Below are positions 38,767 through 48,394 of a DNA stretch of 64,000 nt, piece by piece. The position numbers and the translations under genes are program-made. Within the stretch, counting starts at the first letter, position 1. Each line of letters opens with the position of its first letter. The stretch is taken from NCBI GenBank assembly GCA_014239365.1, contig JAAZZB010000001.1:6494-70493 (forward strand). The letters run 5' to 3'. This DNA comes from Verrucomicrobiia bacterium. Lineage in GTDB: Bacteria > Verrucomicrobiota > Verrucomicrobiia > Limisphaerales > UBA1100. The notes under the pieces are model-generated. The model was not told the DNA's origin. It saw nothing but the letters and a program-made list of their open reading frames with translations, and did not search any database.

Positions 38767-39347
38767 TTGCAATCTTAAATATGCTGAACGTGAGAGCGGA
38801 AGAACGCCGGGCGGTGATTATTTTTCTGATGTGTTTTTTGGTGGTGGGAAATCTGGTGTGGCTTTGGATTGGGCCGGGGCTGCTCACGTTGCGCACTCAA
38901 CTGGCCGAACACGAACAGGCGTTGGAGAGGGAGGGGATGACCCAAATCGCCCATCGTGAATTGAACCAAATGGTGGCCGAGCTGAACCCCAAAGCCAGTA
39001 TGGCCAGCGGCAGCGAACAGGCCACGATGGTCATTGAGACGCTTCGCGACGAGGCGGAGCGAATTGGTATCAAGGGCATCAGCCTGGATTCAGTCCGATC
39101 GTCCAGCCGCAACAACAACCCGTTTATTGAGCACAAACGCAACGCCACGTTTGAAACCAGCCTGATCAATCTCGTGGAATTTTTGCAGGCGGTGGCCGAT
39201 AAGAAAGATTCAATGATCCGTGTGAGCGATTATAAAATCAGCCCCTCAGGCGATCGCCAACGGGTGCGTGTTCAGATGTCGTTCATCGCCAGCTATCCCA
39301 ACCCCGACTACGGCAAAAAAAAATCCAAGAAGAAAAAGAAAAAATAG
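38763..39347 (+). CDS. PilO-like assembly protein with poly-lysine tail
   Basis: ATGA overlap with the upstream gene. TM IIFLMCFLVVGNLVWLWIG, a coiled coil and a small alpha/beta domain. The C-terminus is GKKKSKKKKKK, encoded partly by an A9 run at 39315-39323. Confidence 0.5.
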   Translation: MIAILNMLNVRAEERRAVIIFLMCFLVVGNLVWLWIGPGLLTLRTQLAEHEQALEREGMTQIAHRELNQMVAELNPKASMASGSEQATMVIETLRDEAERIGIKGISLDSVRSSSRNNNPFIEHKRNATFETSLINLVEFLQAVADKKDSMIRVSDYKISPSGDRQRVRVQMSFIASYPNPDYGKKKSKKKKKK

Positions 39348-39398
39348 CGCGCTCAATTTTACAACCCAACTCAACCTAGCGAAAGAAAGACTGAAACT

Positions 39399-41366
39399 AT
39401 GAAAAACATCATCACATACATCGCGCTGCTGGCGATCATCGGCACGGCTCACGCGCAACAAGCTCCGCCTGCGCCGCAGCCGCCGGAGGCCGAACCCATC
39501 GTGGTACTCAAAGGGGAGGTGATGCAGGGGATTGACCTTGATGCCTTCCTGGAAATGTACAGCGATTTGGTGGGCAAAACCATCATCCAAGCGCAGAACC
39601 TGCCGAAGGTGACTTTTTCATTCCGCACCAAGAATGATTTCACCCGACGCGAGGCGATCACTTTTTATGAGACCCTCCTGTCAACGCGCGGGATCGCCAT
39701 TGTGCCGATGAATGCCAAGATGATCCACGCGCTGCCTTCGGCTGAAGTGACGAAGACCCCCCCGGCCATCAGCGTTTTGCGCGCGGATGAATTGCCCGAA
39801 GGCGATGTGTACATCCACTATGTGCACACGCTCAAACACATCAAGGCCTCGGACACGGTGGACTTGCTTGTCACGCTCGCCAAATCGCCCCAATCCGTCA
39901 CCGCCATTGAGGGCAGCAAGAAGCTGATGTTGCGCGATTTTTCCAACAACGTGCGCGCGATGTTGGCTATTTTGGAGGAGATTGATGTGGAGGCGATCAA
40001 TGACAAGGAAACCGCTTTGGTGAAAATCAAGTACGCACTCTCGGCGGACATCGCCGCGCTGATTAGCTCATACACGGCTAACCCCACCGCAGCTTCCACC
40101 GCCAACACGCGCGCGGGCAGCACCCCTCGCACCGGAGGCAGCACTCGCACTGGCGGCACAAGCCGCACCGGCGGCACAAGCACGACTGGCGGCAGCTCCT
40201 CGCAGCGTGGGCAATTGCAGCAACGCCTTTCGCAGGTGGTTCAAGGCGCGGCATTCAGCGGCGCGGGCGCGGCTATTTTGGGGGATACATCCATCATCTC
40301 TTGGGAACGCGGGAACGAAGTCATCATCACCGGTTCTCCCGCCAACGTGGCGCAGGCCAAAAAACTCATTGAACAATTGGATCGCGTGCAACCGCAGGTG
40401 CTCATCGAGGCCATCATTATGGATGTGGCCCTCGGCGATGATGCCACGTTTGGAGTGTCAATCCGCGAACAGCAACAAGGGCTTGCCGGCGGGGGCAGGG
40501 GAAAACTTTCCTCGGCATTGGCTTCCGCGTTGGGGCCGGCAGCGTTTGCCGCCAACTCAGTGGGCGGGGCGAACTCCGGGTTTCAGTGGTGGAATACTTT
40601 CGGCCTGAAATGGGAAGTGGCCATCGAAGCGATTAACAATGATACGCGCGTGAACATCCTTTCGCGTCCGCGCATCCAAACCACGCACGCCGCGATGGGC
40701 GAGTTGTTCATCGGCGACACGCGACCGGTGGTCACCGGTTCGATTCGTGATATTAACGGCGGCACCAGCTCGCAATATCAAATGCAAAAAATCGGCATCA
40801 CGCTCGAGGTGCTGCCGTTCATTAACGATGGAGGCGTGGTGTCCATGGAAATTAATCAGCAAGTTCAGGACATCGTTGGCTCGCAGGTTATTGACGGCAA
40901 TGCCGTGCCCATCACCACCGACCGTTCGGCTAACGCCAAGGTCACCGTGCGCGATGGCGAGATGGTCGTGCTCGGTGGGTTTATCAAAACCAAAGTCACC
41001 GAGACCGAAAGCAAAGTGCCGCTCGTTGGCGATCTGCCGTTGTTGGGGAAATTGTTCCGTCGCACGGTGGATGTGAACGAGCGCAGTGAGTTAATTATGA
41101 TGATGCGCCCCACCGTATTGGCCACGCCCGAGGCGGCTTATACAAAGGCCTTGAGTGAGGTGAGCAACAAACCCGGCTTCGAGACGGCGCAATTTTCCGA
41201 GCGCTTCATTAGCAATAAATATCGGATTAACCTTGATCAAGAGCGTGAGAAGAAAAAGAAGATTCTGCTCCAACGGACGGGGATCGATTTGGACAAACCC
41301 GACGCGCAATCGTTGCCTGCGCCACGGCGTGAACGGAATTTGGAAAATCTGTTGAAGCGTCCGTAG
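39399..41366 (+). CDS. Secretin (GspD/PilQ family outer-membrane channel)
   Basis: Signal peptide MKNIITYIALLAIIGTAHA, N-domains and a T/G/S-rich linker. The C-terminal secretin core includes VPLVGDLPLLGKLFRRT. Confidence 0.88.
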   Translation: MKNIITYIALLAIIGTAHAQQAPPAPQPPEAEPIVVLKGEVMQGIDLDAFLEMYSDLVGKTIIQAQNLPKVTFSFRTKNDFTRREAITFYETLLSTRGIAIVPMNAKMIHALPSAEVTKTPPAISVLRADELPEGDVYIHYVHTLKHIKASDTVDLLVTLAKSPQSVTAIEGSKKLMLRDFSNNVRAMLAILEEIDVEAINDKETALVKIKYALSADIAALISSYTANPTAASTANTRAGSTPRTGGSTRTGGTSRTGGTSTTGGSSSQRGQLQQRLSQVVQGAAFSGAGAAILGDTSIISWERGNEVIITGSPANVAQAKKLIEQLDRVQPQVLIEAIIMDVALGDDATFGVSIREQQQGLAGGGRGKLSSALASALGPAAFAANSVGGANSGFQWWNTFGLKWEVAIEAINNDTRVNILSRPRIQTTHAAMGELFIGDTRPVVTGSIRDINGGTSSQYQMQKIGITLEVLPFINDGGVVSMEINQQVQDIVGSQVIDGNAVPITTDRSANAKVTVRDGEMVVLGGFIKTKVTETESKVPLVGDLPLLGKLFRRTVDVNERSELIMMMRPTVLATPEAAYTKALSEVSNKPGFETAQFSERFISNKYRINLDQEREKKKKILLQRTGIDLDKPDAQSLPAPRRERNLENLLKRP

Positions 41367-41392
41367 CGGTATTCCGTGGAGACTGAAAGCGC

Positions 41393-42118
41393 TTAGCGTT
41401 GGCCGTCGTACCACCAGTTGCACGTCTCGCGGCGGCGGAGGTTGAAGCCCGCCGTGAGGGTGGAGCGGAGCATAAAGCCAATCAGCCGCAGTGGTGAATA
41501 CATCACCATCCGGCGGTTCGATGAAAGCAGCGGCGGGCGGCGGATGATGCGCACCCGCTGCCGCCGTTGGCGCGCGAGCCGTTTGAGGCGGCGGTCGAAT
41601 TCAATTTCCTCTGCCGCATAAAGTTTGTGGCTGAAGCCTTCCAACTCCCGAAATGCTTCCGCGCGGCAGAAAATATATGAACCCGCCGGCCATCGAAACA
41701 CGCGGCTGATTAAGTTCCAAACCCCCAGCCCAATCGCCGCCCACCACGGCATCGCTTCCATCCGAATCACCGCGCCGCCGCCGACAGTGTCTTCGGTTTC
41801 CATCCAATCCGCCGTGGCGGCAAAAAGCCCCTCGCACGGTGTGGAATCCGCATCCAAAAAAATAATCCAATCCCCGCGCGCCGCATTGCCCGCCGCATTC
41901 CGCGAGCGGGAGATTTGGTTTTCTTTTTCAAACACCACCCGCGCGCCGGCCGCTTCCGCGATGGCGGCGGTGCGATCGGTGGAATTATTGTCACACACCA
42001 CCACCTCCATTTCCCAACCCCGCGCGCGGAACGCCGCTCCCGCCGCCTCCACTGCCGCCAAAGTTTCCCCCAAAAGCTTCTCCTCGTTGAACGCAGGAAT
42101 GGCAACGGAAATCAACAC
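41393..42118 (-). CDS. Glycosyltransferase family 2
   Basis: MLISVAIPAFNEEKLLGETL..VVVCDNNSTDRTAAIAE..FLDADS, the GT-A fold DxD region. Confidence 0.85.
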   Translation of the reverse strand: MLISVAIPAFNEEKLLGETLAAVEAAGAAFRARGWEMEVVVCDNNSTDRTAAIAEAAGARVVFEKENQISRSRNAAGNAARGDWIIFLDADSTPCEGLFAATADWMETEDTVGGGAVIRMEAMPWWAAIGLGVWNLISRVFRWPAGSYIFCRAEAFRELEGFSHKLYAAEEIEFDRRLKRLARQRRQRVRIIRRPPLLSSNRRMVMYSPLRLIGFMLRSTLTAGFNLRRRETCNWWYDGQR

Positions 42119-42150
42119 GCCGCAGTGTGGACTGAACGGAGGGAAAAGTT

Positions 42151-42272
42151 AATGACCAAGTTCCAATGACCAAGTTCCAATGACCAAGTTCCAATGACCA
42201 AGTTCCAATGACCAAGTTCCAATGACCAAGTACCAATGACCAAGTACCAATGACCAAGTACCAATGACCAAG
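42151..42272 (+). repeat. 14-nt tandem array (8 full units plus 1 partial) forming the left arm of an AATGACCAA-family palindromic element that extends to about 42370
   Basis: aatgaccaagttcc x5, aatgaccaagtacc x3, then aatgaccaag. The right arm is ..cttggggcttggtcattgggcattggaactttcccct. Track ORFs reading GHWNLVIGTWSL are translations of this array. Confidence 0.9.
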
Positions 42273-42413
42273 CCCAAAGGAATTCCCAATACCCAGGAAA
42301 CGCTTTCATTTGGGACTTGGAGCTTGGGCATTCCTTGGGGCTTGGTCATTGGGCATTGGAACTTTCCCCTGACTTTCCTCTCCCCCTCTGTTAACCTCAC
42401 ACCTGCCGATTGA

Positions 42414-45400
42414 ATGGAGAGTTTTCCAAAAAAAAGACAGTCCACCCCGCGCAAGCCGGGCCGATGGCGGCGGTGTTTGCTTTGGGGCACGGGCGCGTTG
42501 GCGGTGTTGCTGTTGCTCAGCTGGGCGGTGGTGACTAGCAATTGGTTTCTGCGCGCGGTGCTGTTGTCCAAGGCGAACCACGCGCTCAACGCCACGGTGG
42601 ATTTCAAAAACGCCAAGTGGTCCCTCGGCAGTCAACTTCAATTGGAAGGCGTCACCCTCCACGCCACCGGCGAGCGCCCTCTATTAAAGGCGGCGCGCGT
42701 GGAGGTGAATTATCAATGGCGCGATTTGCTTGCGGGCCGGATGGAGTTTGGGGAAATCATTTGCGATGGGCCGGAAATTTTTCTTCACATCGATCGCAAC
42801 GGCAATCCCAATTACGCCCCGTTGCTCGAGCGCCCCAAATCGGATAGCGACGGCAAGCCCATCCGGATTGGGAACATTTCAATCAAAGACGCGCAAGTGG
42901 AATATCGCCGCGATCATCAAAGCGGTACCACGGAGGCCGCGCACTTATCCGGACTGCAAATGATGACCGGCGAAATCGCTGGCGGTGAATCCGGCCAAAT
43001 CACCGTGCAAGGCCGCGCGGGCTATTCGCTGAAACCGCTCCAGCAATCGGCCGAAGGATTGGAGGGCAATTTTCAACTGACGTTCACGCATCAACTTGAT
43101 GACCGTCTGTTGCCCACGCGCGTGGCAAGCAAAGGGGATGTGCGGGTGTCCACCGCCACGGGCCAGTTTGCCTTTGCCTCGGGGCTGGAAGCCGAACTGG
43201 ATGGCGAGGCAACCGCCGATGAGCTGCGGCGCTTCGCCCTGCACTTCACGCACACGGGCGATGCGTTGGGCAAAATTGTGGCGAGCGGAAAATTGCAGCC
43301 CGCCAAGGGCGGGGCGGATCTCACCGTGGCATTGCATCGGGTGGATCAACGTGTGCTGAATTTCCTTGGGCGACCGGTGGGATTCGATTTTCATTCCACC
43401 GTGCTGCACTCCACCAATCGCGTGCGCGTGGCGGATTTTGGCAAAACGCTGGAAGTGCGCGGCACACTGCGGGCGCAGCCGTTTCATCTCAGCTCCGGTG
43501 AATTCACCACGCCGCCGCTGGAAATCGGCACGGCGGAATATGCGTTCAACATCAACACTCCCGCCCGCACTGCCCGGCTCGACACACTGAAAGTCAACGC
43601 CACTCACGAAGGCCGTCCCTTGCTTGCGGGTCATCTCGACAAGCCGATGCAGTTTGACTGGAGCACGCGCGGCGCGCCTCTGGGCGAATCGTTTTTTACG
43701 CTCACCACGGAAAATATAAACCTCGCCGACTGGCGTCCGTGGCTGGGGGAATACGCTGTGGAGGGCCGTGTCTCTGCCGGGTTCAGGATTCATTTTCAGG
43801 AAGCCGGTCGCCGCATTGGCTTTGCGCTTGCGGCCGAAGGCGTGGGCTTGCGTTTGCAGGAAACCGCCCCGCGCACTTTGCCCGCCAGCTTGCGTGCGGA
43901 TGGGGTGCTGCAAAACTTCCGTCAATTGACGTTGGCCAAATACGCGTTGCGCCTTGGCAGTACCAATGCGCCGGTGCTCAACGCCATCGGCAGCGGAGTG
44001 CAATGCGATTGGCGCGAACGCACTCTGAGCGGCGGTGTTTCTGTGAAGGCCGATCTGGCGTGGGTGCGCCCGTGGTTTCATAGAGCGCCGGAGACCTTGA
44101 GCGGTAAGCTGGATTTTAATGGAACCATTACGGTCGGCCTTCGCGCGCCGCAGTTTCAGGCGGTCAAAGGTCAATTGGATTTGGCGAATGTCACCTTTCG
44201 CAAAGGGCAACGCGGAATCACAAACCTCTACTCGCGTGCGAATATCGATCTGCGCCTTGACCAAGGCCATCGCCTCACCATTGCCAGCCTCGGCGCGCGC
44301 GTGTCCGTGCGCGGCCGCGAGATTGCCCCGCACCTCACTGCCATTGGAAAATGGGATTTGCGATCAGGCGTGCTGGATCTTTCGCAGGTCACCGTGAAAG
44401 ATTTTCAACTCGGCCCATTTGCCGATCAAACCGGCCTCACGCAATTCACCAACGGCGTGCTCGCCGCCACGGTTTCGCTGAAACATGTTCCCGACCAACA
44501 AACTCAACTGAACGGCAAAGCAACCTTCACCGACGCCCGCCAACCCGACTGGCCCGCGCCGGCAACCTTCACCGCCAGCGGGAAAATGACGATGGACGGA
44601 AGCCGCACCGCGCGTTGGCCGGTTTCGGTGGCCGGACTCCGCGTGGAATTTCCGCGTGGCGATGTACTCGATGGCGAACTGCAAATCACCGGTGGCTGGC
44701 ATCCGCAAACCGGCGCGGCTACTTTCACGCTGGAAGGTGCCGAACTGGATTATCGCCTGCTCGCGCCGTGGTTGGCCGGGCGCAACGACGCTTTCCAATG
44801 GACCGGCGGTAAACTCAAATGGCCTGGCAAAACCGAGGTGAAACTCGACGGCCAAGGCGGCGGCACTTGGCGCGGCCTCATTCACGCCAGCGGACTGCTC
44901 GCCGAGGCGCGCGATTTCGATTGGCCCAAGGCACCGATGAATGCCGAGTTGTTCCTGGATTTTTCCCGCTCAATCCCCAAGGACGGCCAACCCGTAAACA
45001 CCGTGCGCGACGCCAACCTCAAAGTGATGTTGCCCGACAAAACCGCCGCCCGTTTGCGTTTCAGCGGGCAGCACTGGCCCCGCGAAAATCGCTGGCGAAT
45101 GGGGTTTCAACCGCCGGCACCTAAAGAAAAAGGCTTCATCAGCCATCAACTGCTACAGCCGTTGTTGGGCAAAAAACTCGCCCCGCGCAAGCTCACCCAA
45201 GGCGTGCTACAGCATCCGGCAAAGCTGGAAATTTCCAGCAACGGCCAAGGCGGGTTTCAAATCAAAGGCGATGTGGAACTCGCCAACGTGCGGATGGACG
45301 ATCCCTCCCAACAATGGCCCGACAAAGTCCTCGCCGCCACCGTCACGCTCGATCTCGCCCGCCAACCCATCGTGCCCGGTACGGACGAATGGAGCATCGT

Positions 45401-46988
45401 CTCCCACGGCACCCGCGGCTTCGTTTTCATTAGCAACAAACACAGCGGCACCTTCAGTGTGAAAGGCGATTTCAATCCCTTCCGCAGCCATGGAAATTTG
45501 GAATGGGACTGCCGCGATCTCGATCAACTCGCCCTCGCCCCCGTGTCCGATTTGCTCGGCGGTCCCGCTTTCCGAACCGTGCGCATCAAAATGTTCAAGG
45601 GCTCCATACGCCTCAATGAAACCGGCGGCGGCCACATCCGTGCCAGTCTCCAAATGGATCGCGTGCGATTGATGACTGACCCCGAACGCGCTCCTGCCCG
45701 CGCCTTGCTCTTGGATTTGAAAGGCGGCGTGACCAATCACGTTTACCACCTCAATCAATGTTCCGCGACATTAACGGCCACCAATGCATTTGCCGGGCAA
45801 TTCAGTTTCAACGTGACGGGTACTTTGGATTTCTCCCGGCCCAACGATCCTTCGGGTCATTTGAAAATTAAATCTAAGTCGCTCGACATCACGGCACTGG
45901 AGGGAATGTTTGAACAATTTAGCAAACCCAAACTCGCTGCACCCCCAGTTGTGCCCATACCCATTGTGCCCGCGGTGACGCGCTCGGTGTTCCATAATTT
46001 CCAGTGGGATTTTGATGTGAAACAATTGCACTGGTTTGGCCTCACCGGCACGAATGTGTTGGGGAGCATCGTGCGCGATGGCCGCAAAGTGCATTTGAAA
46101 CCACTGGAAATGAAACTCTTCGGCGCGCCCGTGATGGCTGAAGGTTGGTACGAGCCGCAGGGAAACCGCACGCGCTACGCGATGAATTTTTCCTGCGAAC
46201 AGCTTTCGCTGAATCAACTGAACGACTACTTCAAAATAAAACGCACGCACAATTACGGATTGCTTAATGCCCGATTCCACGTCGCCGCCAACGCATTGAA
46301 TGGGCCCGAATTCAAAAAAAGTTTTTTGCTGCGCGGCATTGAAAATGGCCCAGCCTATTTAACCACCACCAAAGCGCATTGGGCATTTTTTCGCGACGGG
46401 AAAATGCCCCGACCTAACGTCATCCCATCGAGTGTGAGCAGCATCGTCCAAATCATCCCCGGCCTGTCTTTGCCAATGGAGGGCGTCTCGGGTGCCTTGG
46501 GGAGCATCGCGTTATTATTGGGCGACAAAGAATTGGAGGCCAGCCATTTGGATCAGGGGCAGTTGCTGATTTCTGTAAAAGACGGAATCATCTCCCACGA
46601 TTTCACAGTGGCCGGACCACTCGTCCGGGCAAATATCGAGGGCAAAATTAATCTGGCCAATCATTGGTTGGATTCGCTCATCAAAGAAAAAGTGCACATC
46701 GAGTTCGCCCCAAAATTTGCAATCAAGTACAGCCCCACCGGAGTTGTTTTCCCAAAGAAAAAGTTCGTGAAAATCCCTCATTGCCTTGCCATCAGCGGCC
46801 CCTTGAAAAATTGGGATTTTCAGCCCAATACAATTGGATTGGGGCTCTTGCAGGCCGGGAAATTGACTGCTGCCCCCGGCAGATTATTTCGCAAACTCCC
46901 CATCCCATTGATCAACAAGGAAGAGGATATGCTGGTGAATCCATTGGGCCTGCTGCGGTGGCTCATTCCCGGCGGGGACGAGGATTGA
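42414..46988 (+). CDS. AsmA/TamB-like giant envelope protein
   Basis: N-terminal anchor CLLWGTGALAVLLLLSWAVV, then the AsmA-like start NATVDFKNAKWSL..LEGVTLHATGERPLLKAARVEVNYQWRDLLAGRMEFGEIICDGPEIFLHIDRNG. A roughly 1500-aa repetitive beta-rich body follows. Confidence 0.6.
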   Translation: MESFPKKRQSTPRKPGRWRRCLLWGTGALAVLLLLSWAVVTSNWFLRAVLLSKANHALNATVDFKNAKWSLGSQLQLEGVTLHATGERPLLKAARVEVNYQWRDLLAGRMEFGEIICDGPEIFLHIDRNGNPNYAPLLERPKSDSDGKPIRIGNISIKDAQVEYRRDHQSGTTEAAHLSGLQMMTGEIAGGESGQITVQGRAGYSLKPLQQSAEGLEGNFQLTFTHQLDDRLLPTRVASKGDVRVSTATGQFAFASGLEAELDGEATADELRRFALHFTHTGDALGKIVASGKLQPAKGGADLTVALHRVDQRVLNFLGRPVGFDFHSTVLHSTNRVRVADFGKTLEVRGTLRAQPFHLSSGEFTTPPLEIGTAEYAFNINTPARTARLDTLKVNATHEGRPLLAGHLDKPMQFDWSTRGAPLGESFFTLTTENINLADWRPWLGEYAVEGRVSAGFRIHFQEAGRRIGFALAAEGVGLRLQETAPRTLPASLRADGVLQNFRQLTLAKYALRLGSTNAPVLNAIGSGVQCDWRERTLSGGVSVKADLAWVRPWFHRAPETLSGKLDFNGTITVGLRAPQFQAVKGQLDLANVTFRKGQRGITNLYSRANIDLRLDQGHRLTIASLGARVSVRGREIAPHLTAIGKWDLRSGVLDLSQVTVKDFQLGPFADQTGLTQFTNGVLAATVSLKHVPDQQTQLNGKATFTDARQPDWPAPATFTASGKMTMDGSRTARWPVSVAGLRVEFPRGDVLDGELQITGGWHPQTGAATFTLEGAELDYRLLAPWLAGRNDAFQWTGGKLKWPGKTEVKLDGQGGGTWRGLIHASGLLAEARDFDWPKAPMNAELFLDFSRSIPKDGQPVNTVRDANLKVMLPDKTAARLRFSGQHWPRENRWRMGFQPPAPKEKGFISHQLLQPLLGKKLAPRKLTQGVLQHPAKLEISSNGQGGFQIKGDVELANVRMDDPSQQWPDKVLAATVTLDLARQPIVPGTDEWSIVSHGTRGFVFISNKHSGTFSVKGDFNPFRSHGNLEWDCRDLDQLALAPVSDLLGGPAFRTVRIKMFKGSIRLNETGGGHIRASLQMDRVRLMTDPERAPARALLLDLKGGVTNHVYHLNQCSATLTATNAFAGQFSFNVTGTLDFSRPNDPSGHLKIKSKSLDITALEGMFEQFSKPKLAAPPVVPIPIVPAVTRSVFHNFQWDFDVKQLHWFGLTGTNVLGSIVRDGRKVHLKPLEMKLFGAPVMAEGWYEPQGNRTRYAMNFSCEQLSLNQLNDYFKIKRTHNYGLLNARFHVAANALNGPEFKKSFLLRGIENGPAYLTTTKAHWAFFRDGKMPRPNVIPSSVSSIVQIIPGLSLPMEGVSGALGSIALLLGDKELEASHLDQGQLLISVKDGIISHDFTVAGPLVRANIEGKINLANHWLDSLIKEKVHIEFAPKFAIKYSPTGVVFPKKKFVKIPHCLAISGPLKNWDFQPNTIGLGLLQAGKLTAAPGRLFRKLPIPLINKEEDMLVNPLGLLRWLIPGGDED

Positions 46989-47020
46989 TTGCCCGCCGCC
47001 TTTTGGTACACTCCGCACGG

Positions 47021-48394
47021 ATGCAACCGGTTCTTGATTACCTCCAAACCCATCGCGGGCGCTTTGAAGAGGAGCTTTGCGAATACCTTCGCTTGCCCAG
47101 CGTGTCTGCCCAGAGCAAGCACGCCAAAGACGTGCGCGCCACGGCGGATTGGGTAGTGAAGCATTGCCGCGCCATCGGGCTTAAAGCAAAAAAACACGCC
47201 ACGGACTTTCATCCCATCGTCACCGCCACCACCCCCAAGCGGCCTGGGAAACGTCCGCATTTTTTGGTGTATGGCCATTACGACGTGCAGCCGCCGGAGC
47301 CATTGCACGAATGGAATTCGCCGCCCTTTGAGCCCACCCTCCGCAATGGCGCGGTGTACGCGCGCGGGGCTACGGATAATAAAGGCCAACATTTCGCACA
47401 TCTCAAAGCCGTTGAGGCATTTTTGAAATCCGGCACGGAACTGCCATGCGATCTTACTTTTGTGATCGAAGGTGAAGAGGAAGTCGGCAGCGAAAGTTTG
47501 ATGACTTTTTTGCGGCAAAAAAAACGCGAACTGAAATGCGATGCCGTGGTGGTGTCGGACACCGGGATGCCGTCCAAAAAACATCCCGCGCTGACGTACG
47601 CCCTGCGCGGCGTGGCCGCGATGGAGGTCACCGTGCGCGGGCCGAAGGCCGATTTGCATTCAGGTATTTACGGCGGCAGCGTGCAAAACCCTGCGATGGC
47701 GCTCTGCCAAATGCTGGCGGCGTTGCGCGATAAAAAAGGGCGCATTGCCGTGCCTGGGTTTTACGATAAAGTACAAAAACTTTCCGCTCACGAACGGAAG
47801 CAATTCAAGCGCCTGCCGTACAGTGAGGCGGCTTACAAAAAATTGCTTGGCGTGAATGGTCTGTTTGGCGAGGCGGGCTTCACGGCCATCGAACAGCGCA
47901 GCTCGCGGCCCACGCTGGAAATCAACGGCCTCACCAGCGGCTATCAAGGCGAGGGGAGCAAAACGATTGTGCCCGCATGGGCGCGGGTGAAAATCACCTG
48001 CCGCATTGTGCCCGATCAGCAGCCGCACGAAATTTTGCGGTTGTTAAAGAAGCAGTTGAAAAAACTTTGTCCGCCCGGCGTGCGATTGGAAATTGAAGAA
48101 GGCCATGGCGCGGAGCCTTATTTGGTGTCGCCCACGGGGCCAAAGGCTCAAGCGGCATTGGGCGCATTGCGCGAGGCGTTTGGGCACGAGCCGGTAATCC
48201 TGCGCGAGGGCGGCTCCATTCCCATTATCACTGAATTTAAGAAAGTGCTCGGCGCGGATTCGCTCTTGCTCGGCTTGGCGTTGCCGGATGATAACCTCCA
48301 CTCGCCTAACGAAAAATTTGACCTTACCTGTTTCCACAACGGCGCGGCAATGAGCGCCCGCCTTTGGCCGGCCTTGGCCGCCGCATCATCGTGA
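47021..48394 (+). CDS. M20-family dipeptidase/deacylase
   Basis: ATG at 47021. Motifs: FLVYGHYDVQPPEPLHEWNSPPFEP..YARGATDNKGQ, VIEGEEEVGS and the C-terminal LHSPNEKF. Confidence 0.85.
   Translation: MQPVLDYLQTHRGRFEEELCEYLRLPSVSAQSKHAKDVRATADWVVKHCRAIGLKAKKHATDFHPIVTATTPKRPGKRPHFLVYGHYDVQPPEPLHEWNSPPFEPTLRNGAVYARGATDNKGQHFAHLKAVEAFLKSGTELPCDLTFVIEGEEEVGSESLMTFLRQKKRELKCDAVVVSDTGMPSKKHPALTYALRGVAAMEVTVRGPKADLHSGIYGGSVQNPAMALCQMLAALRDKKGRIAVPGFYDKVQKLSAHERKQFKRLPYSEAAYKKLLGVNGLFGEAGFTAIEQRSSRPTLEINGLTSGYQGEGSKTIVPAWARVKITCRIVPDQQPHEILRLLKKQLKKLCPPGVRLEIEEGHGAEPYLVSPTGPKAQAALGALREAFGHEPVILREGGSIPIITEFKKVLGADSLLLGLALPDDNLHSPNEKFDLTCFHNGAAMSARLWPALAAASS

Noticed and set aside
42151-42272. Possible CRISPR array
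   Set aside because: The units are 14 nt and directly abutting with no spacers. No cas genes are present in the window.
41991-42662. ORFs reading GHWNLVIGTWSLELGHW... (41991-42257, 42112-42309, 42149-42616, 42306-42662)
   Set aside because: They are translations of the 14-nt tandem array and its palindromic arm. All three frames of the array are open simply because the unit lacks stops.
42945-44333. 462-aa minus-strand ORF antisense to the AsmA-like gene. Similar antisense ORFs lie at 49303-50229, 59349-60257, 37255-38076, 55707-56516, 57254-58072, 28256-28915 and 46820-47659.
   Set aside because: All lie fully inside well-supported genes on the other strand (recognisable families). They have arginine/alanine-rich compositions and no recognisable motifs.
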